A DNA stretch of 64,000 bases from Octopus sinensis (taxonomy: Eukaryota): NCBI RefSeq assembly GCF_006345805.1, contig NC_043011.1, positions 43,288,464 through 43,352,463 of the forward strand. The letters are read 5' to 3'. The first letter of the stretch is position 1, and each line of letters starts with the position of its first letter. Under the pieces are notes generated by a model that was not told the DNA's origin, did not search any database, and saw only the letters and a list, made by a program, of their open reading frames with translations. A program made the translations under genes and the position numbers. Below, one piece after another: positions 27,390 through 40,981 of the stretch.

Positions 27390-27790
27390 CTTTATCTTTT
27401 ACTTTTTTCAGTCATTATACTGTTGTAGTCAGGCCATGCTGGGATACGGTGTTGAGGAACATTTAGTCGGACAAATCTACCTCAGTACTTTCCTTATAAG
27501 CCTAGTACTTATTCCATCCATTTCTTTTGCCGAACCATTAAATTACGAGGACGTAAACAAACCAGTACCGGTTGTCAAGCGGTGATGGAGGACCAAACAC
27601 AAACACAAAGATACACATAACCACACATATATACATTATATATACACGACGAGCTTCTTTGAATTTCCGTCTAGCAAATCCACTCACAAGGCTTTGATCG
27701 GGCAGGGGGTATAACAGAAGGTGCCACGCATTGGAACTGAACCCAGAACCATGTAGTTGAGAAGTAGACTTCTTACCCCACAGCTACATC
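27390..27790 (-). mobile_element. SINE family D, diverged copy
   Basis: Reverse-orientation matches such as aatccactcacaaggctttg and ggaactgaacccagaaccatg. Boundaries approximate. Confidence 0.7.
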
Positions 27791-27857
27791 TGTCTTGTCT
27801 TTTAATTCAAAATACTTTTGCAATTGTGGTGACCGACGTATTTAGAGGTAAAGTGCA

Positions 27858-28208
27858 TTTTTGATACCTGCATCTAGAAAATGTTGCAGTTTTGATACCT
27901 GCATCTAGCAAAATGTTGCAGTTTTGATACCTGCATCTAGCAAAATGTTGCAGTTTTGATACCTGCATCTAGAAAAATGTTGCAGTTTTGATACCTGCAT
28001 CTAGAAAAATGTTGCAGTTTTGATACCTGCATCTAGAAAAATGTTGCAGTTTTGATACCTGCATCTAGCAAAATGTTGCAGTTTTGATACCTGCATCTAG
28101 CAAAATGTTGCAGTTTTGATACCTGCATCTAGAAAAATGTTGCAGTTTTGATACCTGCATCTAGCAAAATGTTGCAGTTTTGATACCTGCATCTAGAAAA
28201 ATGTTGCT
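27858..28208. repeat. 32-bp minisatellite, 11 copies
   Basis: Unit gatacctgcatctag(c/a)aaaatgttgcagtttt, contiguous with no spacers. Confidence 0.95.
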
Positions 28209-29026
28209 AAAATTTTCTTTAGAGCTTTCAATATAACTTGCATAGACTTTTGTTTCGCTGAAATCAATGAGTGTGGTTTCTAAGTGATATACTGTTTTAA
28301 CAATGGAACATACAAATGAAAAGGCAAGCATTAGGATTATAACATTTACATAAAGATGTTGTATTTATTCTAATAAGGTTTCTTCTAGAAATATATAATA
28401 GCTATGGAAGCAGAACATTACTAGTACCGCTGTAAATGAAATTTGTATTTATCAAATATTCCATAAAGAGTACGTATATCATAGGAAGCTTCAGGCAATA
28501 TTAGAATAATTAAAATATAGGGAAAAAGCAAAGTATAGTATTGTATTAGTTGTAATATTTTGTATATATAAAAGTACGATTTTGTATATGTATATTCTTT
28601 ATGGTTACAGCCACTCTTTTAAGGATTTATTACAATAATTAACGGCACTTATTATAATTTTTTCCTCGAAGAGCATACTGATAGGGCAGAATTTACTGGA
28701 ATTAAATCTGAATTAGTTAATTCATGCAGACATTTACAAAGATACTTTTTAAGAAATTTCCAGCTTGCTGGTTGAGATATAATTCGTCAGTAAAAGTATA
28801 TTATCTATACCTTTGAAACTTTTAATCATTTCCAAAATATTTCTGCATTCATAATTTTAGAAGATACAGTAGATATACGACTTCACTTTTAATGTTTTGA
28901 TATGTGACATATATTTCAACGGATACATATCAGTAAGAGCTCGATGTGTTTTCAAATATTTCTGTCTATCTCTGTCTAGCTGTTTATCTATCAATCTATC
29001 TTACTTTCTATCTACATATGTGTGTC

Positions 29027-29060
<34 letters not shown>

Positions 29061-29225
29061 CGGGAGAGGGGAAGAGAAAAAGAGAGCGTATACATATACA
29101 TATGTAATATATGTATACACATATACGCGCGCATATATACATGTGTGTACATATATGTACATGTATACACACATACGCGCCCATAAATATATATATATAT
29201 ATATATATGCATATATATATTCACA

Positions 29226-29266
<41 letters not shown>

Positions 29267-29296
29267 TATATATATATACGTATATATAAATGCATA

Positions 29297-29443
<147 letters not shown>

Positions 29444-29609
29444 AGTAGGGAATATAAGTACTACTACTATTTACTATTATATACTATTTATTGGTTTTGT
29501 ACTCTAGTGATTTTTAGAATAAGATTTTTATAATACGTTTTATATATGGTGTGAATAACATCTTTCATTATTGAATTGTTTAATAGTGGTTTTTCTCTAA
29601 ATTATATAC

Positions 29610-29692
<83 letters not shown>

Positions 29693-29993
29693 ATATATAT
29701 ATATTCAATAGTTTCTGTAGTTTGTTACATGAAATACTAAGGATTCAAATAAACTGATTTTCTAATATAAAATGATACGCAGACTCTGTTGTTAGGTGCA
29801 CTACATTTCTCACAAACCTAAATACGACACAAAATATTGATCTTATTTTTTCTTTTTCTTTCTTTTCTCTCTCTCTGTCTCTCTCTCCAGCCTTCTCTCA
29901 CTGTATACATATACTCACCCACGCCCGCATGCACACACAAATACACATCACATATGCATCACATATGCATCACAAATGATGTGTGTGTGCATG

Positions 29994-30034
<41 letters not shown>

Positions 30035-31149
30035 GTATATATAAATATATACAAATATAAATACATATGCACACACACGCATATACATACGACACATGCA
30101 TACACGTATATCTAGAGCTAGATCATTTGTGCTGCACATGTGATGTGCGTGTGTACGTGTGTGACAATGTGTATGCAATGAGAGAGTGCTGGAGAGAGAA
30201 AGAGAGAGAGAGAATTACGCACACACACCCATACACACATATGTATACATATATTTACATGTGTGCGTGTGTGTGTGTGTAAATGTACATATCTAACTTT
30301 TTGGCTATAGATTAAATTCCTGGTGACGAGCTGGCTGAAACGTTAGCACGCCGGGCGAAATGCTTACCAGTATTTTGTCTGTCTTTACGTTTGAGTTCAA
30401 ATTCCGCCGAGGTCTACTTTGTGTTTCATCCTGTCAGGGTCTATAAATTTACTACCAGTTGTGTACTAGGCTCGATCTAATCGACTGGCCCCTCCCCCAA
30501 AATTTCGGGCTTTGTACCTAGAGAAGAGAATAATAGATTAAATTCCTTCTATCTTTCTCTTTCCCTCCCCCTCTCTCTCTCTGTCTCTCAAGACACACAC
30601 AGAATATGCATTTGTTGCATTGAAAATAGGGCAGTATTCTGAATTTTACTTTTTCATATTCGTATCTTTAAAACACATAACATCACTAAAATAATCCCAG
30701 AGGCAACATTCCCAAAGTTATGTTGCTGACTGATGACGTATAAATGTAACTCACACAATTACGATCCCCACAATATTTGCAACGTAAATGTCGAGCTTGT
30801 CTACGATAAAGTGAAACTAGCGCATGCAACAACCTTTCATCCTGTAGTTGAGATTAACAAGCTCTAGAATTGCTTATGGTGTGAATACGGACTTTATTGT
30901 TTCGGATTAACGTCCGTGTATCTACTTTCTTCTTTTTTTCTTTTGTTATTTAGGGGTTGTTTTAGTTTCCTTATAATCCTTCCTATTAAGCTTGTCTACG
31001 ACACAACTAATTTGTAACGTGTTTATAGAAGTGTGATATTTGGATACTTAAATGCTTAGATAAGTTTCAGCCAGAATTGGCCCAGACCATGTCTAACTTA
31101 ATAGCACCATCTGAGAAAGACATATAATGATCTTTCACATTGCTGTCAT

Positions 31150-31610
31150 TCTTTGTGCACCATAGCCCTTTCTTGCAGAAATATATCAAGTTTTAGGTGG
31201 TTTACATGGAATTTTTTGGAGATATTCGTTTAGGAACCGTTTAAATGTTAGTGGATCCTTTTGTTCTCTTATGCGTCTTGGCATGATGTTAAAGAGAGCA
31301 TGGCCAGTTGAGTTGAAATAGTTCTGTCTTAGTGTTGTGATGTGACGTGAATATGACATTTGTAGGGGATGGATAGCACGGTCACCAAATCTCGAGTGAA
31401 TCTTAAAGTAGATGCCAACATCATTCGGACAGTGCCGTTGGATATTTTCCACATCAAACAAATTATATAGCACTTGCGGCACTATATCATTTTTGATTGA
31501 ACTTCTGGTGACTGTGAGATTATTATATTATTTGCGAGACTTCAGAAGTCACTTTAACATCTTCGTCACTAAAGATAAAATAAAAAGTGCTGCTAGTTAA
31601 ACTATTATAT
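31150..31610 (-). mobile_element. 3' remnant of a CR1/L2-type LINE ORF2
   Basis: ORF 31186-31482 (-) reads ...TTLRQNYFNSTGHALFNIMPRRIREQKDPLTFKRFLNEYLQKIPCKP, matching the typical TLR.N.F...GP.LFN.LP..IR....FK..LD..L C-terminus of this group. Confidence 0.65.
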
Positions 31611-31830
31611 ATAACTAGAATACTGATGGCTTATTAAACCGATTATTAAACAAGTGATTTTTAAGAGTTTACATCGTCGTTCCGATTACGTGGGATGCCC
31701 AGGTCTATTTTTTTGTATTTTCCCGGATTGATTTGGCTTCATGATTAGTCTCGGAGATAAATGTAGCTAAAACGAAAGACCACTGAAACAGCTGAACGGA
31801 ACTGAAAATAATGAAAATAATAATAACAAC

Positions 31831-31889
<59 letters not shown>

Positions 31890-31920
31890 TGATGATGATG
31901 ATGATGATGATGATAATAAT

Positions 31921-33547
31921 ATTTAGAGACAGTAGAAATCAGGAGAGGTATCTTCCAAGGGGACTGCCTGTCTCCACTGATCATTGTACTGTGCATGATA
32001 TCGCTAACACTGATTCTGAGGAAAGCAAAGGTTAGGTATGTATTCAAAAGCCGCCAACAAAAAGTCACCCACTTGTTATTCATGGATGACCTCAAACTTT
32101 ATAGTAAAGATGAATCCCAAGCCAAGTCCCTCGTTGATACGGTGTATACTTTCAGTGCTGATACCAGAATGGAGTTTGTTCTGAAAATGTGTGGTGTCTT
32201 AGTCTTGAAGAGAGGCAAAATCAAATGTATGACGGGCTAGCGATACCGTCAGGGGAGGTTATGAAGCAGATAGAAGAGATGGGCTATAAGTACTTGGGGA
32301 TATTGGAAATGTATAAATTGATGGAGTGAGAAATAACAGAATTTAAGACTGCGACTGATTCTTAAGTCGAAATTAAACGGATGGAATAAGATAGAAGTTA
32401 TCGACACCTGGGTGGTTTCATACGTTAGATATGGATCAGGGGTAATCGGATAGAGAGTAGACGAACTAAACAGCTTGGACAGAAAGACAAGGAAGTTGCT
32501 GACTAGATATGGGATACTCTACCCAAAATGTGACACAGACAGACTGTATGTACCAAAAAAAAAGAAGAGGCAGTAGACGGATTGGGTACAAACACAAAAT
32601 TAGAGCAGAAGAAAACACCATAACATGGTATGTATAAAATACCACAGATCACTATTATTGGAAGTAAGGAGGTCAGGCTTATGTAGGGTGGAAGATTACA
32701 AAGATAATGCACTGTACAAGCACTTGAAAATGAATGAAACTAAAAATAGGTGGATAAAGATAAGAATACATGGACAACTCCATAGAGATGTTGAAGATAA
32801 GACAGACAGAGATAAAAGATGGCTATGGATGACTAAAAGATATTTGAAACCGGAAACGGAGGCTCTAATCTGTGTTGACCAAAAGCAAGCATTAAGAGCC
32901 AATTACATCAAATACTGAATAGACAACACACCAGAAAGTGATAAGTGCAGTATTTGTGGACAAAACGGTGAAAGCGTATGGCATATTACTAGTCAATGTA
33001 CGCCACTGGCCCAGAAAGAATATAAGAGACGTCATGACAATATAGCAGGGATTGTCCATTGGACACTTTGCAACTAGTATGGGCTTGACACAGCAAAAAA
33101 CCCGACTGCATCATCGAAAATGATAATGCAAAGATCCTTTGGGATTTTATGATTCAGTGCGATCATGAGATAGAGAATAGGAAAAGATTGTGTTAATTGT
33201 TGGGTCATAGATATAGCATGCCCAGCTGACAACAAGGTATACGATAAGGAAGAAAGAAAAGTCGATAGATATGACAGGTTCGCTTGGAGGTTAAGCAGTT
33301 GTGGTCGATTAAAATGGTTGTAGTAGTACCAAAAATTGTCGGAGCCCGGGGAATAGTGAATAAAAATCTTGAGAAGTACATGGAACAAATAGGGGCTGCA
33401 ATAAGGTTGGAGCACTTGCAGAAAACAGCGCTGCTTGGGACTGTTCGAATACTCCGGATGGTGCTCGAAAAATAAGGTGTTACTTAGTTCACTGGTAGTG
33501 AACAGGTGGCACCGTAGTACATCTCCAACATCAGAAGCTGTGCAGAG

Positions 33548-33548
<1 letters not shown>
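31921..33548 (+). mobile_element. 5'-truncated, decayed R4/Dong-clade non-LTR retrotransposon (RT, CCHC finger, RLE endonuclease region)
   Basis: RT motifs RRGIFQGDCLSPL and HLLFMDDLKLY. Finger CSICGQNGESVWHITSQC (C-x2-C-x8-H-x4-C), then YKRRHDNIA, KILWDFMIQCDHEI, VIDIACPAD and C-terminal LQKTALLGTVRILRMVL. Multiple stops and frameshifts. (TAA)n on both sides (31816-31920, 33549-33579). Confidence 0.88.
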
Positions 33549-33579
<31 letters not shown>

Positions 33580-36500
33580 CCTTTCTACTCGAAGCACAAG
33601 GCCTCAAATTTGGACAAATGGATTAAGTCGATTACATCGACCCCAGTGCGTACTTGTACTTAATTTATCGACCTCGAAAGGATAAAAGGCAAAGTTTACC
33701 TCGGCGGAATTTGAACTCAGAACGTAACGGCAGACGAAATACCTTTAAGTATTTCGCCCGGTGTTCTAACGATTCTGCCAGCCCACCGCCTTGAAGTTTG
33801 TATAAAAAAGTATGCCTGTTGCCTCAATTTGGAAAAAGAGCACATTCAATTTTGGAATGTTTATGAAGGAACGATATACGAGATAGCACAAATTTTTACT
33901 TTTGAAAACAGAACTAACTCCTTCTCTCTTTATCTCTCCCTAACATTTTTGGGAGGTAAAATATAGACGCGCATACAAACACTTAGATATAAACATTGCA
34001 GCAAAGCTGAAGCATGGGGTGTATTTAGACCAGAATGTGAGGCGATCAAATGTATGGAATGTAAACAGTTGTTCTGGCTTTACTGAATTATTGGAACGAG
34101 TAATTGAATACTTGAAAATAATTAAATCGCAGATCACTTCTATTGTTTTGGTTTTCTTTTCTTTTTGTTTTTATTCTATTTTTGGTATTTTGTATTATAG
34201 AAGCGATTTATGAGTTTCTGATTTCTTTGTTATGAAATTTGATGACACTCAGTGTGCAAAAATACGCTTGCAATTCATTTTCTAGTTTCTCCTCTTTTCT
34301 AACGTTTTCCAAGTTTGGCACAACGCCCGCAATTTTCAGGATAGGGTAGTTCAACTGCAGTGACACCAGTGCTCATATGGTACTGTTATTTTATTGACCC
34401 TGGAATGCAAAGTCGATCTCGGCAGCATTTGAACTCAAAAACCTAAAGCAAAAAAAAAAAAAAAATGCTGCTAAGTATTTTGCACGGCACTATAATTATT
34501 CTGCCAGATCCCCGCTGTAATGGTTTCAATTTTTTAACACACGGCCAGCAATTTTAAAAGGGGGAGATAAAGGATTACATCAACCCCAGTGCTCAGCTGG
34601 TATTAATTTTATCGATCCCAAAAGTATGGCTGGCAAAGTCAACCGCGGAAGAATTTAAACTAAGAATATAAAGAGCTAGAGGAAATGCTGCTAATCCTTT
34701 GTTCCCAGCGCTCTAACAACTCTGCCAGCTTACCCCTCATACTGTATCTTAACAGTAACACATATAGCTCTTTATCTTGAGACAGTATAATTTCTTATAA
34801 TTTTCTCAAAGTTTCACCTCTTACGCGGTATGTCTTTTATCATATTTGAAAACAATTTTCCGAATGTATTTCGACTTAACACCAATTATATACTATGCTA
34901 CTCTATGTGATTTATGAGTTATCTGATTTGAATTGTCCACCAATTCGTTTGGGTAATTCGGGAAAACCAAGTTAGATTTTAACATTCCCCATTAATCATG
35001 TTCTTTAAATGTGCTTCTTAACAATACGATTCAGAAAAAAAAAATTATATTTCTTATACCATGCATAAATACACACTTCCATATCTGTAACTATATGTGT
35101 GTGCCTGTGCGTGTGTACGTGTGTATGCGCATGTTTATGCATGCAACTGTATATACATATTCAGAATTATCTCTGGCAAACAGTGTTTAGGCATAAGCGA
35201 AACTTAAGTTAGTTATATGTTTGTGACATAATTCAACTTCTACAGGCAAATTTACTGCAGTTACCCCGGGGACAAAAATTCTTTTTTATGGTAAATAGCT
35301 ATATCTATCCAGTGCTGCCACCACCCACACCGTCCTGATCTGATTGCCAGACACATTTCTAGCTCTTTAAGCATTATCAATGGGAAATACGGAGGAGAGG
35401 TAACTTTGAACAGAGTTTTATATCTATCTATCTATCTATCTATCTATATAATATATATATATATATTATATAATTTAATAATTATTATAATAATTATATG
35501 ATAAAATTTAATATTATTAATAATTCCTTAAATGCTGTACATAGATATAATTCTGATAATATTTTAATAAAATAAAGAATTATAAATATATTTATAATAA
35601 TGATAATAATAATAAGTTAATAAGAATAAAATTTGGTTAATAGTTCCTTATGGAGATCAAGTTAAAACGAATATTATTAAAGAGATTTTAGATGTTATAG
35701 AACTATTTATTAGAGATAATCGTAAATATAGAACATTTTCTCTTTTAATAATTTTGGAGTTGGTTACTCTACCACTAATAATGTTGGTACATTATTTCTT
35801 TATTTCATTAAATAAATATAACTGAATAATTTTTATAAAAAGAAATTATTTGATAATAATATTAATAATGATAAGACTTATATTAATTGTACATGTAGAG
35901 ATAAATCTAATTGTATATTAATAATAATTGTGATATTAACGATGTAGTGTATAAATGTATAGTTACATTACATGATAATAACTTTAAGAATAATAATTAC
36001 ACAAAAGCGGTTTATATAGGTTCTACTTCCTCAAAAATAAAACTAAGAATTGCACAACATATGAATTCTTTTAAAAATAAAAACTTAATCAACTCAACCG
36101 GACTTAGTAAGTATATTTGAGTCTTAAATCACTAAATATTAATTATAGTTTAATATGGGAAATAATTTGTAAAACTAAATCATATAATATAGGAGCTAAT
36201 TGTTGTTATTTATGCTCTAATGAGTTTAAAGAAATTTTATTTTATAGTATGATAATTACTTAATACTGGGGGAGCGCAAAATAAAATGTAGACACAAGTT
36301 ACTTTACTTATATAATAGTTTCATGATAAATAGCAATAATAGTTCCCTTTTAGGTTATTTTAGTTTAGTTTAAATTAGTTTAGATGATATATTTTTGGTA
36401 TGTTGTCTAGGTTTTAATTATAGTTAGTCTTTATTGATATTTCTTTGTTTTAATTAGTTCATTTTTAATGTATATTAATTTAGCAGTTTATGGTACGTTA

Positions 36501-37559
36501 AAACTTTAATAATTTATATTAGATTTTTTTATTTTTTTATTTTTATTTTTATTTATTTTATTTTATTATGTATTTTTATTTTGCATTTGTTATATGTATT
36601 TTGAGGATATATTTATTGTTTTTGGGTGTTATTTAGTGGTGTTTTTATTGAGTTTTGTATGTATGTGTGAATGTTAAGATCCCTTTGTTTTTTTTTTTAT
36701 TTGTATGTTGAATTGACAGATTTTATTTGGGTATTGTTTTTTATATAAAGTACACACCCATAACAATTATAAGTGCCCACTTCATTCGTTGTACTTGGGT
36801 TGCATGTGAGCCTCAGCATATGCACCTAACGGCCACTCCAGCCCCACATGGATAAATAAAATACATCCCTCCCCTAAAAAAAAAAAAAAAAAATAATATT
36901 AAAAAAAAAAAAAAAAATAAAAAAAAAAAATAAAAAAATAAATAAAAAAAAATTTAAAAAAAAATAAAAAAAAAAGGGAGTAATCCCATTCACACCAATT
37001 ATATGTATACAATACACACTTGAATAATACATACTAGCCCTAATATACAGAACATACTAATAATCACCAACTAACCACCATCACAAATGAACCCACACCC
37101 ATACAATGACAATACTCCCCCATACCCTATTTACACCTACTATAGTAATCCCAATATATTCTTTCATACATGGACGCAAGTGCGTGAAGCACATGAACAT
37201 AATTAGTACGTACAACCCCTAATACACACTAATATATACGTATCAAGCTCGACCTCCACAGTGATAAGTTTACACACAATCACACCCAGATGGGTGAATT
37301 GCACAACCAGTGAATGCTCACACATACGGGCGCGATTACATTGTTGCATATATCGAGCCAAAATAGTATGCATATGTACATGTGAGGGGTACACGTAAAT
37401 GAAGTGAGCGTGTACCCCCTGTATTTATACCCGTGCTGATATACACATGGAGACTACCACACGGTACAAATGTGTTTAGAAATGGGAGCCCCATCACTAC
37501 ACTTAATGTATACTCTCACCCATCCGCACGGATGTGTAAGTGTATCTCTCCGTGTATAT

Positions 37560-39180
37560 GTTGAGGCTTATATGTAGAGTTGTTGAAGGGAACGTCGTTG
37601 AAATTGTGAATGAATGGGTAGAGTTGGAATTGTAACCGTTGGTGGACTAGTGTTGCTTGGAATTGTGAATGGATTAGGGTGGTAATGAGGTAGGCATTGA
37701 GTATGGGTTACTGTAAGTTGTTTGTTAGAGTTGCTAGGGTGAGCTAAAGCTCATAAATGTATATAATTGATTTTTCATGATAGTTTTTAAAGAATCCATT
37801 CATAATAAATTTTTTTTAAGTAGCGTTGGTTTGCTACGTGGAAATAGTTTTTAGTTCCATTTATTATATTTCTCCATTCATACATGAATGACGTTTACTT
37901 TCTATGGCGCGTATTCTTTTTTTACATTAGTTATTTCCATGGTAACGTAATTTTGTTTGGTTTTTTAACGGCTAAGAATCTAATTTCACTTCATAATTGT
38001 AACTGAATTGTAAGTATGTATTTGATTATCCTTATGTCATAATGTTATTTTTGATATTCTGGTTAATTACGATGTATTTATTGTTGTTTTCATAAGAGTG
38101 TTTAGTATATGAGATTGGTTGTGAGTTTTTAATTGTATAATTAATTTATTTATCTGTATGAGTGTGGGTGTAAATATTGTTGTATAATCGAGTTTTATGA
38201 GTATGTATGCGTATATGTGAGGGAGCATATGTATCTGTTGTGTGTGTGTGTTTTGCGTGTGTGTGTTTGTGTGTGAATGTGTATTTGGGTTTGTTATTTA
38301 GGATTTGGGATGTATGTGTTAATTTGTCTGTGTGGGGAGGGAGTGGTTTTTGGTGTATATTGAGGTTTAAAGTTTAATAGTTTGTGTATAAGTCTTGGGT
38401 CTGTGGTTTCGTGTGGGTTTTTTGTGTGTGAATGTTTAGGTTAGGGGGATTGCTATATAAGTTTGTTATAGGGTTTAGCAAAGGGAGATTTTATCGTTAT
38501 ATGCTTTTATGAGTTTTGGTTTATCATGTTTTTTTAGGTAATTCGTGGTATTTTGTCTATTTTAGGTGTTGGTTATTTTTTACATTGTTTCATTCATAAT
38601 TTTTGAGTGGTGTTCGTTTTGCCAGTGAATAACCGGGTGGTGGACTAGCGTTGCTTGGAATGTGAATGGAATAGTGTAGTAGTGAGGTAGGCATAGAGAA
38701 TGGATTGGGTTACTGCAAGTTGTTTGTTAGAGATGCTAAGGTGAGTTAAAGCTCATAAATGTATAATGTTTTTTGTGGGTGTGTAAGTATTGTTGTATAT
38801 GTCGAGTTTAGTGAGTATGTATAGGCGTATATGTGAGGGAGTATATGTATCTTTTGTGTGTGAGTGTTTTGCGTGTGAGTGTGTGTTTGTGTGTGTGAAT
38901 GTGTATATGGGTTTGTTATTTAGGTTTTGGGATGTATGTGTTAATTTGTCTGTGTGGGGAGGGAGTGGGTTTGGGTGTATATTGAGGTTTATAAGTTAGT
39001 ATAGGTATGTGTATAAGTCGTGAGTCTGTGGTTTACGTGTGTGTATTTGTGTGTGAATGTTTAGGTTAGGGGGTTTACTTTATAGGTTTGTTATAGAGTT
39101 TAGCAAAGGGAGATTTTATCGTTATATGTTTTTAAGAGTTTTGTTTTATCATGGTTTTTTTAGGGAATTCGTGGTAATTA
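37560..39180. repeat. Diverged direct duplication (X-Y / X-Y) in G/T-rich sequence
   Basis: X at about 37625-37770 and 38630-38765 (ggtggactag.gttgcttggaa...gctcataaatgtata). Y at about 38200-38550 and 38815-39175. Confidence 0.75.
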
Positions 39181-39310
39181 GTCTATATTTTCGATATGGA
39201 TTATATATAGGTTATATATGGATTATATACTTATATTTTTTCATTTATACTTTAATTATTTAAAAGTATTATTTTATATTTTAAAATTTTGATTTTTTTA
39301 GATTGGAAGT

Positions 39311-39351
39311 CCACCTGAGATTGTCGATCAGACAAGAAACGATTGTAGTGG
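39311..39351 (+). ncRNA. Minimal type-I hammerhead ribozyme motif (core one nt short)
   Basis: CCAC-CTGAGA-TTGTC/GATCA/GACAA-GAAA-C-GATT-GT-A-GTGG. Stem I is CCAC/GTGG, stem II is 5 bp, and the GUA triplet follows a short stem III. Confidence 0.6.
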
Positions 39352-40354
39352 CGGTTTTTTTGACTATTTATTAAATTTTATGTATTGATTAAGTCTTCCT
39401 TGTTTGTTTTGCAAAATAGTGGTTTTGTCTCAAATAATTTTTATATATATATCTATATAGATATATTATATATTATATAATATATATATATATATATATA
39501 TAATATATATATTATATATATATATATATATTCTATATATATTACATTTTCTTTCTGAAGTCTGGTACTTATTTTGTCGGCTTTTTATGAACTGCTATAT
39601 TATAGAGAAGTAAACAAACCAACACATGTCACTGGCATGCGCGCGCATACACACACATGTATATATACATTTATACAACGGGATTCTTTAAGTTTTCGTC
39701 TTCCAAATCCACTCACAAGGCTTTGGTCAGATTGAGGCTAGAGTAGAAGACACTCGTCTAAGGTGTCATGTAGGGGAACCGAACCTGAGACCATGTGGTT
39801 GGGGAGCAAACTTCTTATAACACACCTACACCTGCACCCATATATATATATTATAATCTTCTTAGCAATGGCTTTTCTCGTGTAACGAGGGTGCAGCTAT
39901 GATATGATATATATATATATATATATATAATTAGTCAAAGGACATACTAAGTATGCCTATCTGCTGGAAATAACAGTCAAAACTCTTATTTAAATCGCCA
40001 AAATACACTGATAATAACTACAGAAATCAACCGTCCGAAGGCAAACGGGCTAAGACAATCTCTCAGCATACATTCAAGTATGTGTCACTCCAGATAACAG
40101 ATTCAATGATATGTTCGCAAATTAATTTTTCGTGAATTATTTCCTCCGTATCAGTGTTATAGTTGTATAGGTATGTTAATGGTCGGTAGCAAGATAGTTG
40201 GTCTGTCACGACGAGATAATTTCGCAGAATGTGTTTAGTGTTGCTTACCTACAGTGGTAAAAAAATACGTAGAAAAAAAAATTCTTCTTTTGACTAAGCG
40301 AATCTATCGACACCATTGCTTAACTGGTTCTTATGTTAACGACCCCGTTAAAAT

Positions 40355-40725
40355 AAGGGGCTAAACACAGAGGGGACAAACAAGGACAGACAAACGGATT
40401 AAGGCGATTATATCGACCCCAGTGCGTAAATGGTATTATATTTATCGACCCTGAAAGGATGAAAGGCAAAGTCGACCTCGGCGGAATTTGAACTCAGAAC
40501 GTAACGGCAAACGAAATACCTATTTCTTTATTACCCACAAGTGGCTAAACATAGAGGGGACAAACAAGGACAGACATAGGTATTAAGTTGATTACATCGA
40601 CCCAGTGTGTAACTGGTACTTAATTTATCGACCCCGAAAGGATGAAAGGCAAAGTCGACCTCGGCGGAATTTGAACCCACAAAGTAACGACAGACGAAAT
40701 ACGGCTACGCATTACGCCCGGCGAG
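40355..40725 (-). mobile_element. Head-to-tail dimer of SINE family C
   Basis: Two bodies joined at gaaatac|ctatttctttattaccc near 40520. Confidence 0.8.
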
Positions 40726-40950
40726 GAGAAGTTGCGGCAACAATGCGAGAAAAGCAATATTTAAATTAAAGTGAATGTGATCTGATGTGGAGGACTGGGA
40801 TCTTCCCATGGACTTATAACGTTCCCGGATACTAGTAATAAAAAAAAAACAATACAAATAATGTCTTCCTCGAAGAGTAACGAGTGGATAATTGCGGAGG
40901 AAAGAAACGTGAAGTTCAGAATCTAAACAACAATAAGAATAGCTAATATT

Positions 40951-40981
<31 letters not shown>

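Larger units (their letters stand above)
35470..39440 (+). mobile_element. Decayed Penelope-like element (GIY-YIG C-terminus, long low-complexity 3' region, hammerhead-bearing terminus) between TA-rich tracts
   Basis: About 35625-36250 translates in pieces as KIWLIVPYGDQVKTNI, NCTCRDKSNC, VVYKCIV...YIGSTSSKIKLRIAQHMNSF...STGLSKYI and WEIICKTKSY...CYLCSNE, which is the PLE GIY-YIG signature. A hammerhead motif sits at 39311-39351. The extent of the middle part is inferred. Confidence 0.7.

Noticed and set aside
27858-28208. CRISPR-like array (32-bp repeats with dyad symmetry)
   Set aside because: Units are contiguous with no unique spacers, there are no cas genes, and the context is a eukaryotic intron.
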